From NCBI GenBank assembly GCA_947627175.1, contig CANQVA010000007.1, positions 1,050 to 65,049 on the forward strand: DNA of 64,000 nucleotides, written 5' to 3'. Under the pieces are notes generated by a model, which saw only the letters and a list, made by a program, of their open reading frames with translations, was not told where the DNA came from and made no database searches. Both the position numbers and the translations under genes were made by a program. The first letter of the stretch is position 1, and each line of letters begins with the position of its first letter. The stretch is from an uncultured Ruminococcus sp. (GTDB lineage: Bacteria; Bacillota; Clostridia; Oscillospirales; Ruminococcaceae). Shown here piece after piece: positions 46,591-55,420 of the stretch.

Positions 46591-46866
46591 TCAAAATAGT
46601 ATGTAGCCGAGAGCAAGAATAAGTTTCATGTCAGCACCTTCTTTTAAAAGAAGAAATATAAGTGCAATGACAAGAAGTTTATCGCTGTCAGGGCTTTTTC
46701 CGATAATATTTTCAATAATCTGTTTCAATGAATCCATTGTTGTTTTTTCCTTGTTCTGAAAGTCAGACAACAGAGGTTCACTGATATTATTCTGTTTGAC
46801 CGGCGGTATATCCGCCCTGCGAAAATATTCATTGCTATATCTCCGGCTATTGTCAAATACCGACAT
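46591..46866 (-). CDS. small hypothetical protein with C-terminal hydrophobic segment
   Basis: 91-aa ORF overlapping the bofA ORF by 4 nt (long-start model). C-terminus KLLVIALIFLLLKEGADMKLILALGYILF. Confidence 0.45.
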   Translation of the reverse strand: MSVFDNSRRYSNEYFRRADIPPVKQNNISEPLLSDFQNKEKTTMDSLKQIIENIIGKSPDSDKLLVIALIFLLLKEGADMKLILALGYILF

Positions 46867-46886
46867 CAGCTTTTCCTCCCTGTCTG

Positions 46887-47252
46887 CTATAGAATATCAT
46901 TCAGCAATCCGCTTTCTTTGGCAATTTTCAAGACTGCCGCTAATTTAAGCAGTTTTATTGCCTTGTCAACTTTCTGTTGTCGTTCTTCTTTCAGATGCGG
47001 TTTAAGAGCAAGGAGAAGTTCTGTATTTTTATCGTTTTGTGAAAACGTCCCCATAAGTTCAGTAATTTTCATAATTGAACTTATATCGGGAAAACTGTTT
47101 CCCCCACTCTCACCGCATTCATTGTTTTCTGTAACGTTTTCACTTTCAGAAGATTTTGTTTCGTTCATAAGTAACTGTGCAAGTTCGGAAAGTTGTTTCA
47201 TGCTTTCCTCATCTGAAAGCAACTTCCCTATTTTTTCCATTGTATCGTCCAC
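46887..47252 (-). CDS. small hypothetical protein (acidic N-terminal part, basic C-terminal part)
   Basis: 121-aa ORF, co-directional and closely spaced with its neighbours. No family recognised. Confidence 0.45.
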   Translation of the reverse strand: MDDTMEKIGKLLSDEESMKQLSELAQLLMNETKSSESENVTENNECGESGGNSFPDISSIMKITELMGTFSQNDKNTELLLALKPHLKEERQQKVDKAIKLLKLAAVLKIAKESGLLNDIL

Positions 47253-47270
47253 ATAAAAAACCCCTTTTTA

Positions 47271-47531
47271 TTATTCACCTGAAAGTTTTTTATAGAGTGC
47301 CTTTGCCTGCGGAGTACTCATCATTTTTTCGATAAGTTTCGGATTGTTTACCGCCTGCTGAAACTTTGCCGCATCGTTCTTGTTCATTGAAGAAATGGCA
47401 CTGTCAAACTTTCCTGCTTCAAGTTCTTTTTTGAGTTTTTCAGGCGGAACACCTATTTTTTTACTTACTGCCTCAAGAAGTCCGTTTATTTTTTTAGGGT
47501 CAATATTATTACTATTCATAATTACCTCCAT
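47271..47531 (-). CDS. small hypothetical Lys-rich helical protein
   Basis: 86-aa ORF with a GGAGG-like RBS (atggaggtaattatg). No family recognised. Confidence 0.45.
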   Translation of the reverse strand: MEVIMNSNNIDPKKINGLLEAVSKKIGVPPEKLKKELEAGKFDSAISSMNKNDAAKFQQAVNNPKLIEKMMSTPQAKALYKKLSGE

Positions 47532-47620
47532 AAATTCACTTTATATACTTGCAATTTCTGATTTTATGTGTTATAATTAAACAACAGATTTTTTTCTGAT
47601 ATTAAGGGGGTTTTCTTTCT

Positions 47621-48115
47621 ATGCGTATAATAGTCATATCAGACACTCACGGAAATTATTCCGCTATTGAAAATGTTTTTCTCCGCAATACAGATGCGGA
47701 CTGGTTTTTCCATCTCGGCGACGGTGAACGTGAACTCGACCGTTTCGCTGTATCATATCCTATGTTTGCACCAAAAATTATACACGTTGCAGGCAACTGC
47801 GATTACGGCAGTTTAAGTCACGATGTTTTCACACTTCCTGCTATGAACTGCAAAATCTTAGCAACACACGGTCATCAACTCGGCGTGAAAAGTTCACTCG
47901 AACCGCTTAAAAAACTCGCTATGGAAAACGGCTGTAACATCGCACTTTATGGACATACTCACTCACGTTTCATGAGTTTTGAAGACGGTATTTACATAAT
48001 GAATCCGGGGAGTGCATCATGTCCCCGTGACGATAAGCCCGCATCTTTTGGTCATATAGACATATTGTCTACAGGTGTCATAATGAATATTGCTGATGTC
48101 CGCCCTCTTAAATAG
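47621..48115 (+). CDS. YfcE/MJ0936-family metallophosphoesterase
   Basis: IVISDTHGN, LGDGE, GNCD, THGH, GHTH motifs. 164 aa. Confidence 0.85.
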   Translation: MRIIVISDTHGNYSAIENVFLRNTDADWFFHLGDGERELDRFAVSYPMFAPKIIHVAGNCDYGSLSHDVFTLPAMNCKILATHGHQLGVKSSLEPLKKLAMENGCNIALYGHTHSRFMSFEDGIYIMNPGSASCPRDDKPASFGHIDILSTGVIMNIADVRPLK

Positions 48116-48147
48116 TATATTCAAGATTCTGAAAGAATGTGACACTT

Positions 48148-48699
48148 ATGGAAAATAATTATTTAAAAAATCTGAGAATGCTGAAAAGATGCAAAAAAAT
48201 CTATACTCTTATTTTCTGGGCTTATTTTATATCATGCATTCCGCTTGCTTTTATGACGTTGATATATGGCACTATGGCTCTCGCAAATAGTATAGGCAGT
48301 GTTTTCTTATTCGCCGCAACAATGATTTTATTGCTTGCACTTTTCGTAACGGGGTTTTTAAGTGTCTACAGGAAAGAAAAAAAGTTCACATATCTGCCTT
48401 TGCCTATTGCGATTCTGATTTATTTTGTTAATTGTTTTGATGATATGTTTTTTCTGAACGCTCTCACACTTTATTCTATGGAAAGTATACATATTGTTAT
48501 AGCAGTAGTTTCTTCGGTACTTCTCACATTTACACACAAAAATTACAGATACCTTGAACAACAGGAGGGCTTTCCATATTTCAACGAACGTTTCGAGAAA
48601 AATAAAAACGCTCTGAATGAATACAATAACAATAATCCATATCAACAGATAATGGAAAGATATAAAAATTCATCAAGCGGAAAAATGGACGATATATAA
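48148..48699 (+). CDS. hypothetical integral membrane protein
   Basis: About four hydrophobic segments. The track start at 48139 is a GTG; ATG 48148 (MENNYL) is preferred. Confidence 0.5.
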   Translation: MENNYLKNLRMLKRCKKIYTLIFWAYFISCIPLAFMTLIYGTMALANSIGSVFLFAATMILLLALFVTGFLSVYRKEKKFTYLPLPIAILIYFVNCFDDMFFLNALTLYSMESIHIVIAVVSSVLLTFTHKNYRYLEQQEGFPYFNERFEKNKNALNEYNNNNPYQQIMERYKNSSSGKMDDI

Positions 48700-48700
48700 T

Positions 48701-48735
48701 AAAAAACGGTCATATCAGATATGACCGCCTTTTTG
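48701..48735. terminator. bidirectional terminator between the membrane-protein gene and hydA
   Basis: CGGTCATAT (48707-48715) pairs with ATATGACCG (48719-48727). A6 upstream and CCTTTTTG downstream. Confidence 0.8.
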
Positions 48736-48743
48736 TATATTGA

Positions 48744-50486
48744 TTAGTTTATTGTTCTCTTTACGTATGATGTATGAAGAACTTCATGTGCCTTATGACT
48801 TCCGGGTTCACCGAAATAATTATCATAAATTTCCTTTATTGCAGGATTTTCATGCGACTTTCTGACCGGCATTGATTTGTCAATATCATAAAGAACTTTT
48901 GCCCTTTCAGCTCTTATGTCAACAAAGTTTCTGATACTTGCAGGCTGTTGAGGCTGTCCGCCACCGTTTACGCAACCACCGGGACAACCCATAATTTCAA
49001 TAAACTGATAGTCTGCTTCGCCTTTTTGAACCTTTTCAAGAAGTTCCTTTGCATTTTTAAGACCGCTGACAACAGCAACCTTAATGTCCATATCGCAGAC
49101 TTTGTAAACAGCTTCTTTAATACCTTTTGTTCCTCTGAGTTCAGGCAGGTCAACAACGTCCTCACCTGTAAGTGTATGAACAGCAGTTCTGAGAGCGGCT
49201 TCCATAACACCGCCTGTTGCACCGAATATAACGCCTGCACCTGAAGAAATTCCGAGAGGTTCGTCAAATTTTTCGTCGGGGAGTGCATGGAAATTTATAC
49301 CTGCACGTTCAATCATTCTGCCGAGTTCACGTGTAGTAAGAGCATAATCAACGTCAGGAACACCTGCGGCATTCTGATTATCTCTGCCCGTTTCAAACTT
49401 CTTTGCAGTACACGGCATAATTGAAACCATTACTATATTTTTCGGGTCTATTCCCATTTTTTCGGCATAATAAGTCTTTGTGGCTGCTCCGAACATCTGT
49501 TGAGGAGATTTGCAAGTTGAAAGATTTTCTGTCATTTCAGGGAAATAATGTTCGCAGTACTTAACCCAGCCGGGAGAACATGATGTTATCATAGGCAAAA
49601 CACCGCCGTTTTTTACACGGTCAATAAATTCATGTGCCTCTTCCATAATAGTAAGGTCTGCTCCAAAATCAGTATCAAATACTTTATCAAAACCGAGTTT
49701 TCTAAGGGCGGAAACCATTTTACCTTCAACGTTAGTTCCAATTGGCAAGCCGAAACACTCACCGAGTGCGGCACGCACTGCCGGAGCAGTTTGAACAATA
49801 ACTGTCTTTTCAGGGTCTGCAATTGCATCAAATACTTCCTTTGTGAAGTCCTTTTCAGAAATTGCACCTACAGGACATACTGCGATACACTGTCCGCATG
49901 ATACACAACTTGTTTCACCAAGTCCCATATCAAAAGCAGAGCCGATAAAGGTCTTGAAACCTCTTTCATTTGCACCTATTACGCCGATTCCCTGAACTTC
50001 TGAACAAACTGCCACACATCTTCTGCAAAGAACACATTTATTATTGTCACGGTACATATGAGCCGCAGAATTGTCAATTTCATAATTATTTCTGATACCG
50101 TCATAAACGCTTGCATCCTGAATATCATAGTCACGGCAAAGTTTCTGAAGTTCACAGTTTCCGCTTCTGACGCATGAGAGACATTTTCTGTCATGAGTTG
50201 AAAGAATGAGTTCAAGAGTTTTCTTCCTTGATTCAATTACTTTCGGCGAATTAGTACAGATTTCCATTTTATCTGAACAGGGATAAACGCAGGCGGCAAC
50301 AAGTCTGAAACCTTTGCCCTCATTTACTTCCGTAACACATATACGGCACGCACCGATTGCGTTGATTTCTTTCATATAACAAAGTGTCGGAATCTCAATA
50401 CCTGCTATGTGAGCCGCCTCAAGGACAGTAGTTCCTTTAGGTACAGAGAGTTCAGCACCATTGATTTTAACTGTAATATTTTCCAT
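48744..50486 (-). CDS. hydA: [FeFe]-hydrogenase catalytic subunit (HydA of a HydABC-type complex)
   Basis: N-terminal 2Fe-2S ferredoxin fold and His-ligated plus 2x[4Fe-4S] motifs. H-cluster motifs TSCSPGW (variant), MPCTAKKFE, EIMGCPGGCVNGGGQP. Confidence 0.9.
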   Translation of the reverse strand: MENITVKINGAELSVPKGTTVLEAAHIAGIEIPTLCYMKEINAIGACRICVTEVNEGKGFRLVAACVYPCSDKMEICTNSPKVIESRKKTLELILSTHDRKCLSCVRSGNCELQKLCRDYDIQDASVYDGIRNNYEIDNSAAHMYRDNNKCVLCRRCVAVCSEVQGIGVIGANERGFKTFIGSAFDMGLGETSCVSCGQCIAVCPVGAISEKDFTKEVFDAIADPEKTVIVQTAPAVRAALGECFGLPIGTNVEGKMVSALRKLGFDKVFDTDFGADLTIMEEAHEFIDRVKNGGVLPMITSCSPGWVKYCEHYFPEMTENLSTCKSPQQMFGAATKTYYAEKMGIDPKNIVMVSIMPCTAKKFETGRDNQNAAGVPDVDYALTTRELGRMIERAGINFHALPDEKFDEPLGISSGAGVIFGATGGVMEAALRTAVHTLTGEDVVDLPELRGTKGIKEAVYKVCDMDIKVAVVSGLKNAKELLEKVQKGEADYQFIEIMGCPGGCVNGGGQPQQPASIRNFVDIRAERAKVLYDIDKSMPVRKSHENPAIKEIYDNYFGEPGSHKAHEVLHTSYVKRTIN

Positions 50487-50500
50487 TATTGTTCCTCCGC

Positions 50501-52399
50501 TTATTTGTTGATAATTGCCTTGAACTTACAAGTACCGATACAAGCACCGCACTTTATACATTTTTCCTTGTCGATATGGTAAGCCGCTTTCTTCTTGCCC
50601 GGAGCAATATAATCCGTCTGGGTAATAGCATCAGCCGGGCAGTGTCTTGCACAAAGACCACAGCCGAAACATTTATCCTTGATAATTTCAAAGTGAAGTA
50701 AATCTTTGCAGACTCCTGCAGGACATCTCTTTTCAACAACATGGGCAATATATTCATCTCTGAAATAACGGAGCGTTGAAAGTACCGGGTTAGGAGCTGT
50801 TTGACCAAGACCGCAGAGAGAATTTGACTTGATATGATAACAGAGTTCTTCAAGTTTGTCAATATCTTCAAGAGTGCCTTTGCCCTTTGTGATTCTGTCA
50901 AGAATTTCATACATTCTCTTTGTACCGATACGACACGGCGTACACTTTCCGCATGATTCGTCAACAGTAAATTCAAGGAAAAACTTTGCAATATCAACCA
51001 TACAATTATCTTCGTCCATGACTATAAGACCGCCTGAACCCATCATTGAACCGATTCCTATAAGGTTATCATAATCAATCGGAATATCAAAATGTTCAGC
51101 AGGAATACATCCGCCCGATGGACCTCCTGTCTGTGCGGCTTTAAACTTCTTTCCGTTCGGAATGCCTCCGCCGATTTCCTCAATTACTTCACGCAGAGTT
51201 GTACCCATAGGAACTTCAACAAGACCTGTATTATTTATCTTTCCGCCGAGAGCGAAAACCTTAGTACCCTTTGACTTTTCAGTACCCATTGATGCAAACC
51301 ATTCAGCACCGTTGAGAATAATCTGCGGAATATTTGCATAAGTTTCAACATTGTTAAGTACGGAAGGTTTCTGATAAAGACCTTTTTCAGCCGGGAACGG
51401 AGGACGGGGACGGGGTTCGCCACGGTTGCCTTCAATTGAAGTCATGAGAGCCGTTTCCTCACCGCACACAAAAGCACCTGCACCAAGTCGCAAGTCAATA
51501 TCGAAATTAAAACCTGTACCGAAAATATTTTTGCCGAGCATACCTGCTTCACGTGCCTGACCTATAGCAATATTAAGTCTTTCAACTGCAATAGGATATT
51601 CTGCACGGACATATATGAAACCTTGACTTGCTCCAACAGCATAGCCGGCAATTGCCATTGCTTCAATAACAACGTGCGGGTCACCTTCAAGTACAGAACG
51701 ATCCATAAATGCACCGGGGTCGCCCTCATCGGCATTACAGCATACATATTTCATATCAGCGTCCGGAACGATAGTTCTTGCAAGTCTCCACTTCAGACCT
51801 GTCGGGAATCCTGCTCCGCCACGTCCTCTTATACCGCTGTCAAGGACTGTCTGAATAACTTCTTCAGGTGTCATTTCTGTAAGAACCTTTCCGAGAGCCT
51901 TATAACCGTCCCTGCCTATGTATTCGTTTATATCTTCAGGATTTATAACACCGCAGTTTCTGAGTGCTATACGCTTTTGTTTCTTATAGAAAGAAGTTTC
52001 ATCAAGTGATTTTATATTATCACCGTCAACTGTTTCATCATAAAGAAATTCCTTAACAGGTTTTCCGCCGATAATATGTTCATCTATAATTCTTGGTATT
52101 TCGTCTATATCGACACGGGAATAAAAAGCACCCTCCGGATATACAATCATAATAGGGCCAAGTTCACAAAGTCCGAAACAACCCGTTTTTACAATCTGCA
52201 CCTTATCTGTAAGACCCTTTTCAGCAAGTTCCTTTTCGAGTTTTTCTATAATTTTCGGAGAACCTGAAGATGTACAGCCTGTACCTCCGCAAACAAGAAT
52301 ATGTTTCTCATATTTTGAAGAAGCGTTGCCATGTGTTCTGAGAGCGACTTCACCCTTCATTTTTTCTCTGATGGTCTTGAGTTCCTCAAGATTTTTCAT
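50501..52399 (-). CDS. hydB: NuoF-like NAD(P)H-binding flavoprotein subunit of the hydrogenase
   Basis: Thioredoxin-like 2Fe-2S (VCGGTGCTSSG), FMN/NADH site GRGGAGFPTGLKW, C-terminal CFGCGLCARHCP and CIKCGACIGTC. Confidence 0.9.
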   Translation of the reverse strand: MKNLEELKTIREKMKGEVALRTHGNASSKYEKHILVCGGTGCTSSGSPKIIEKLEKELAEKGLTDKVQIVKTGCFGLCELGPIMIVYPEGAFYSRVDIDEIPRIIDEHIIGGKPVKEFLYDETVDGDNIKSLDETSFYKKQKRIALRNCGVINPEDINEYIGRDGYKALGKVLTEMTPEEVIQTVLDSGIRGRGGAGFPTGLKWRLARTIVPDADMKYVCCNADEGDPGAFMDRSVLEGDPHVVIEAMAIAGYAVGASQGFIYVRAEYPIAVERLNIAIGQAREAGMLGKNIFGTGFNFDIDLRLGAGAFVCGEETALMTSIEGNRGEPRPRPPFPAEKGLYQKPSVLNNVETYANIPQIILNGAEWFASMGTEKSKGTKVFALGGKINNTGLVEVPMGTTLREVIEEIGGGIPNGKKFKAAQTGGPSGGCIPAEHFDIPIDYDNLIGIGSMMGSGGLIVMDEDNCMVDIAKFFLEFTVDESCGKCTPCRIGTKRMYEILDRITKGKGTLEDIDKLEELCYHIKSNSLCGLGQTAPNPVLSTLRYFRDEYIAHVVEKRCPAGVCKDLLHFEIIKDKCFGCGLCARHCPADAITQTDYIAPGKKKAAYHIDKEKCIKCGACIGTCKFKAIINK

Positions 52400-52415
52400 A
52401 AATCAACCTCCTGCA

Positions 52416-52910
52416 TCAAACGTATTTTGCAATAATTTTATCAACATCGTCAACTGTAAGACGACCGTAAACGTCCTCATTTACCGTAAGGACGGGGGCA
52501 AGTCCGCACGCACCTATACAACGGCAGGCTTCAAGTGAGAATTTGCCGTCCTCTGTGCATTCTCCGCCTGAAATGCCGAGCATTTCCTGAAGTTTGTCAA
52601 AAATATCCCCCGAACCTTTGACATAGCAGGCTGTTCCAAGACAGACAGAAATTGTATATTCGCCCTTCGGATAAAGAGAAAACTGGGCGTAAAAAGTAAC
52701 TACGCCATATATTTTTTCAAGCGGAATGCCCGTGTTGTCGGAAATAATCTTCTGAACCTCAACAGGCAGATAACCGTAAATTTCCTGAGCTTTTTGAAGA
52801 ATAGGCATGAGAGCACCCTTGTCATTCTTTTTCTCCCTGATAAAATCAAGGAGTTCTGTTTCCTGTTCCGGAGTACCTTTGAACTGAACAGTTGATTTAG
52901 CTGTATTCAT
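52416..52910 (-). CDS. hydC: NuoE-like [2Fe-2S] subunit of the hydrogenase
   Basis: CLGTACYVKG...CRCIGACGLAP motif. AAGGAGG RBS before ATG 52910. Confidence 0.9.
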   Translation of the reverse strand: MNTAKSTVQFKGTPEQETELLDFIREKKNDKGALMPILQKAQEIYGYLPVEVQKIISDNTGIPLEKIYGVVTFYAQFSLYPKGEYTISVCLGTACYVKGSGDIFDKLQEMLGISGGECTEDGKFSLEACRCIGACGLAPVLTVNEDVYGRLTVDDVDKIIAKYV

Positions 52911-53124
52911 TAAATAAACCTCCTTAAAATTGCTGTATGTAATGTAATACACCATTTCTATTATAACATATTATAAATAAAAATTCTATTCCTAATTTAG
53001 ACTAAATAAAGCGTTCATTTTAGTGCAGATTTCACAAACTGCAAGCAACAGTGAATGTATTTTCTAAATGTAATATTATATATCAAATTTACAAAAAATT
53101 CACCTATCAGTTTTTCTATATTTT

Positions 53125-53154
53125 ATTGACAAAACAGAATAATTATTGTATAGT
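53125..53154 (+). promoter_or_regulatory. promoter of the DUF4250/dockerin-protein pair
   Basis: TTGACA 53125-53130, 18-nt spacer, TGTATAGT 53147-53154. Confidence 0.5.
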
Positions 53155-53191
53155 TATTTTAATGAATATACGAAAAGGAGTATATAAAAAA

Positions 53192-53368
53192 ATGAATATC
53201 CCGAATGACCCTGCAATACTTTTAAGTTATATAAATACTATGCTGAGAGATAACTATAGTTCTCTTGAAGAACTCTGTAAAAGTCTTTGCGTTTCACAGG
53301 AAGAAATTGAAGAAAAACTTTCTTCAATCGGATATAATTACAATAAGAAACAAAATCGTTTTACTTAA
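53192..53368 (+). CDS. DUF4250-like small protein
   Basis: MNIPNDPAILLSYINTMLRDNYSSLEELC matches my recollection of DUF4250 family members. AAAGGAG RBS before ATG 53192. Confidence 0.6.
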   Translation: MNIPNDPAILLSYINTMLRDNYSSLEELCKSLCVSQEEIEEKLSSIGYNYNKKQNRFT

Positions 53369-53384
53369 TTAACAGGAGGTAAAT

Positions 53385-54767
53385 ATGAAAAAATTATTAA
53401 ACAAATTTACAGCCGTTGTATCGGTATGTGCAATTGCGATGTGCAGCAGCACAATGTTCCCCGTATCGGCAGAAGATGCAGACACTATTGAAGAAATAAC
53501 AATATCATTTGACTATAAGTCAGACGGTGCAACAGTAAAAGATGAATCTGTCTTTGCACCGATAAAAGTAAAGCCAAATTCTTCAATAACAATCCCCGAA
53601 GGAACGCTTGAACGTGATGGCTATTTCTTTTCAGGCTGGACATATGATGACATTCACGCCTATTCATACGGCGATACATTCCGTTCACCCGATGGAAATG
53701 ATGTTGTTCTGAAACCGATATGGGGCGAAAAAAATCAGGAAAAAACTTACACCGTTGAATATGTAGTAGAAATAGACGGCGAACTTGTAGATACATCAAA
53801 ACTTCTCCCCCCGAAAAAATACTATTCAGGACAAGTCGCTGAAGTGTCTTTAATGTCTTTTGACCGTGCAGACGCTGCTCAGGTCGGCTGGACTGATGGA
53901 ACTAATTCTTTTTTAGGTCAGGAAAGTTTTATAATTCATGACCATGATATTACACTTACTCCGGACTGGCACAATAAATATAAGATAACATATACAGTCG
54001 GAGATGTTGACCGTGTTGTAGGTGCTAAATTTATGGAATACGAACAGCCTGAAAAACTCCCTACAGGACTTCAGGCAGCAGACCGTTTTTCACGCAATGG
54101 TTTTAAAATTTCAGGCTGGCTCTGCGATGATGACAACAAAATTTATGCACCGCATACACCGACTTATATTATGCCAAGTCATGATGTAACTTTTACTGCC
54201 GTATGGGAACCGAAAGAATATACCGTACTTTTCAAACAAGATAAAGATTCAAAAAACAATATTAAAATAAAAGGTCTTACAGATACAGCTATTGTAACAC
54301 CGGAGGCTACTATAACAGTTGACGGAAAATACCTTGCCGGCTGGAAATTTGAAGATACAGTATATCCTGTCGGAACAGAATTTGTAATTCCGGGAGCTAT
54401 TGCCGGAGCAGGAATAAGTCTTGAAGCAGTATGGGAAGAAGGCACACCACCCGAAACTACAGCTACTACTACTACTACTACTACACAACAGACAACAACA
54501 ACTACAACTACTACTGATAATATAGTAAATCCCGAAGTAGTATATGGTGATGTAAATGTAGATGGTGAAGTAAATATCTCCGATGCTGTACTTATCATGC
54601 AGTCTATTGCAAATCCCGATGAGTTCAATTTATCTGAACAAGGAAAATTAAATGCTGATGTTACAGGAAACGGAGACGGCGTAACAGCAAATGATGCTTA
54701 TGTAATTCAGCTTATTGAAATAAAGACGATTACAGTCAATGACCTTCCCTATACATTAACAGAATAA
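53385..54767 (+). CDS. secreted protein with several Listeria-Bacteroides (Flg_new) repeats, Thr-rich linker and type-I dockerin
   Basis: Signal peptide. Repeated ..G(Y/F)xFxGW.. modules (GYFFSGWTYDD, GFKISGWLCDD, YLAGWKFED). T-rich linker. Dockerin loops DVNVDGEVNISD and DVTGNGDGVTAND. Confidence 0.85.
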   Translation: MKKLLNKFTAVVSVCAIAMCSSTMFPVSAEDADTIEEITISFDYKSDGATVKDESVFAPIKVKPNSSITIPEGTLERDGYFFSGWTYDDIHAYSYGDTFRSPDGNDVVLKPIWGEKNQEKTYTVEYVVEIDGELVDTSKLLPPKKYYSGQVAEVSLMSFDRADAAQVGWTDGTNSFLGQESFIIHDHDITLTPDWHNKYKITYTVGDVDRVVGAKFMEYEQPEKLPTGLQAADRFSRNGFKISGWLCDDDNKIYAPHTPTYIMPSHDVTFTAVWEPKEYTVLFKQDKDSKNNIKIKGLTDTAIVTPEATITVDGKYLAGWKFEDTVYPVGTEFVIPGAIAGAGISLEAVWEEGTPPETTATTTTTTTQQTTTTTTTTDNIVNPEVVYGDVNVDGEVNISDAVLIMQSIANPDEFNLSEQGKLNADVTGNGDGVTANDAYVIQLIEIKTITVNDLPYTLTE

Positions 54768-54775
54768 ATAAAAAT

Positions 54776-54803
54776 ACTGCCTGAATTTATCAGGCAGTTT
54801 TTT
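54776..54803 (+). terminator. rho-independent terminator
   Basis: CTGCCTGA (54777-54784) pairs with TCAGGCAG (54790-54797), followed by T6. Confidence 0.8.
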
Positions 54804-55359
54804 ACAGTATACCCTCAAGAAACAGCTTTACCCCCAATATTATAAGGACAATTCCTCCGACAGCTTCGGCTTTTGTCCCTAAACGACCGCCGAAACGATT
54901 TCCTATTATAACACCTAAAAGGGAAAGCAGAAATGTTACAGTGCCTATTACTGAAACGGAAAATACAATATCTGACTGTTGTGCGGAAAAGACTATCCCA
55001 ACCGCCATAGCGTCAATACTTGTCGCAACCGCAAGTAAAATAAGTTCTCTGATATTTATACGATAAACTTTTTCTTCTGTACTTTCCGTATGAAACGATT
55101 CAACAAACATTTTCCCTCCGATAATTCCAAGCAGTATAAATGCAATCCAGTGGTCAAACGCAGTAGTGACATCAGAAAAACGTTTTGCAAGAAAATATCC
55201 GATAAGTGGCATTACAGCCTGAAATACACCGAAAAATAACGCTGTAAGAAACGTGCCGAAACGGTCAGGCTTTTTCATTTTAAACCCCTCACAGACCGAA
55301 GCAGAAAAAGCGTCCGCCGAAAGTCCTGCTGAAAGCAGTAACAATTCTGTCATATTCAT
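54802..55359 (-). CDS. mntP: manganese efflux pump MntP family
   Basis: GLSADAFSASV and TSIDAMAVGI duplicated half-motifs. Six TM helices. 185 aa. Confidence 0.8.
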   Translation of the reverse strand: MNMTELLLLSAGLSADAFSASVCEGFKMKKPDRFGTFLTALFFGVFQAVMPLIGYFLAKRFSDVTTAFDHWIAFILLGIIGGKMFVESFHTESTEEKVYRINIRELILLAVATSIDAMAVGIVFSAQQSDIVFSVSVIGTVTFLLSLLGVIIGNRFGGRLGTKAEAVGGIVLIILGVKLFLEGIL

Positions 55360-55360
55360 A

Positions 55361-55411
55361 AAAAAATTCCTCTCTGCAATTATTTTCTCAAATAATTATA
55401 TTGCAGAGAGG
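55361..55411 (-). terminator. terminator of the GNAT gene abutting the mntP start
   Basis: 12-bp stem CCTCTCTGCAAT (55369-55380) pairs with ATTGCAGAGAGG (55400-55411). On the minus strand it is followed by AATTTTTTT and then the mntP ATG. Confidence 0.7.
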
Positions 55412-55420
55412 ATAAATATA

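Noticed and set aside
54456-54517. ACT/ACA-rich microsatellite; also the GA/TCA-rich tract at 13560-13700
   Set aside because: These are in-frame Thr-rich and Ser/Glu-rich interdomain linkers of secreted proteins. They are not independent repeat elements.
55360-55420. yybP-ykoY manganese riboswitch upstream of mntP
   Set aside because: Only 61 nt are available and a simple terminator hairpin fills them. None of the conserved riboswitch segments are visible.
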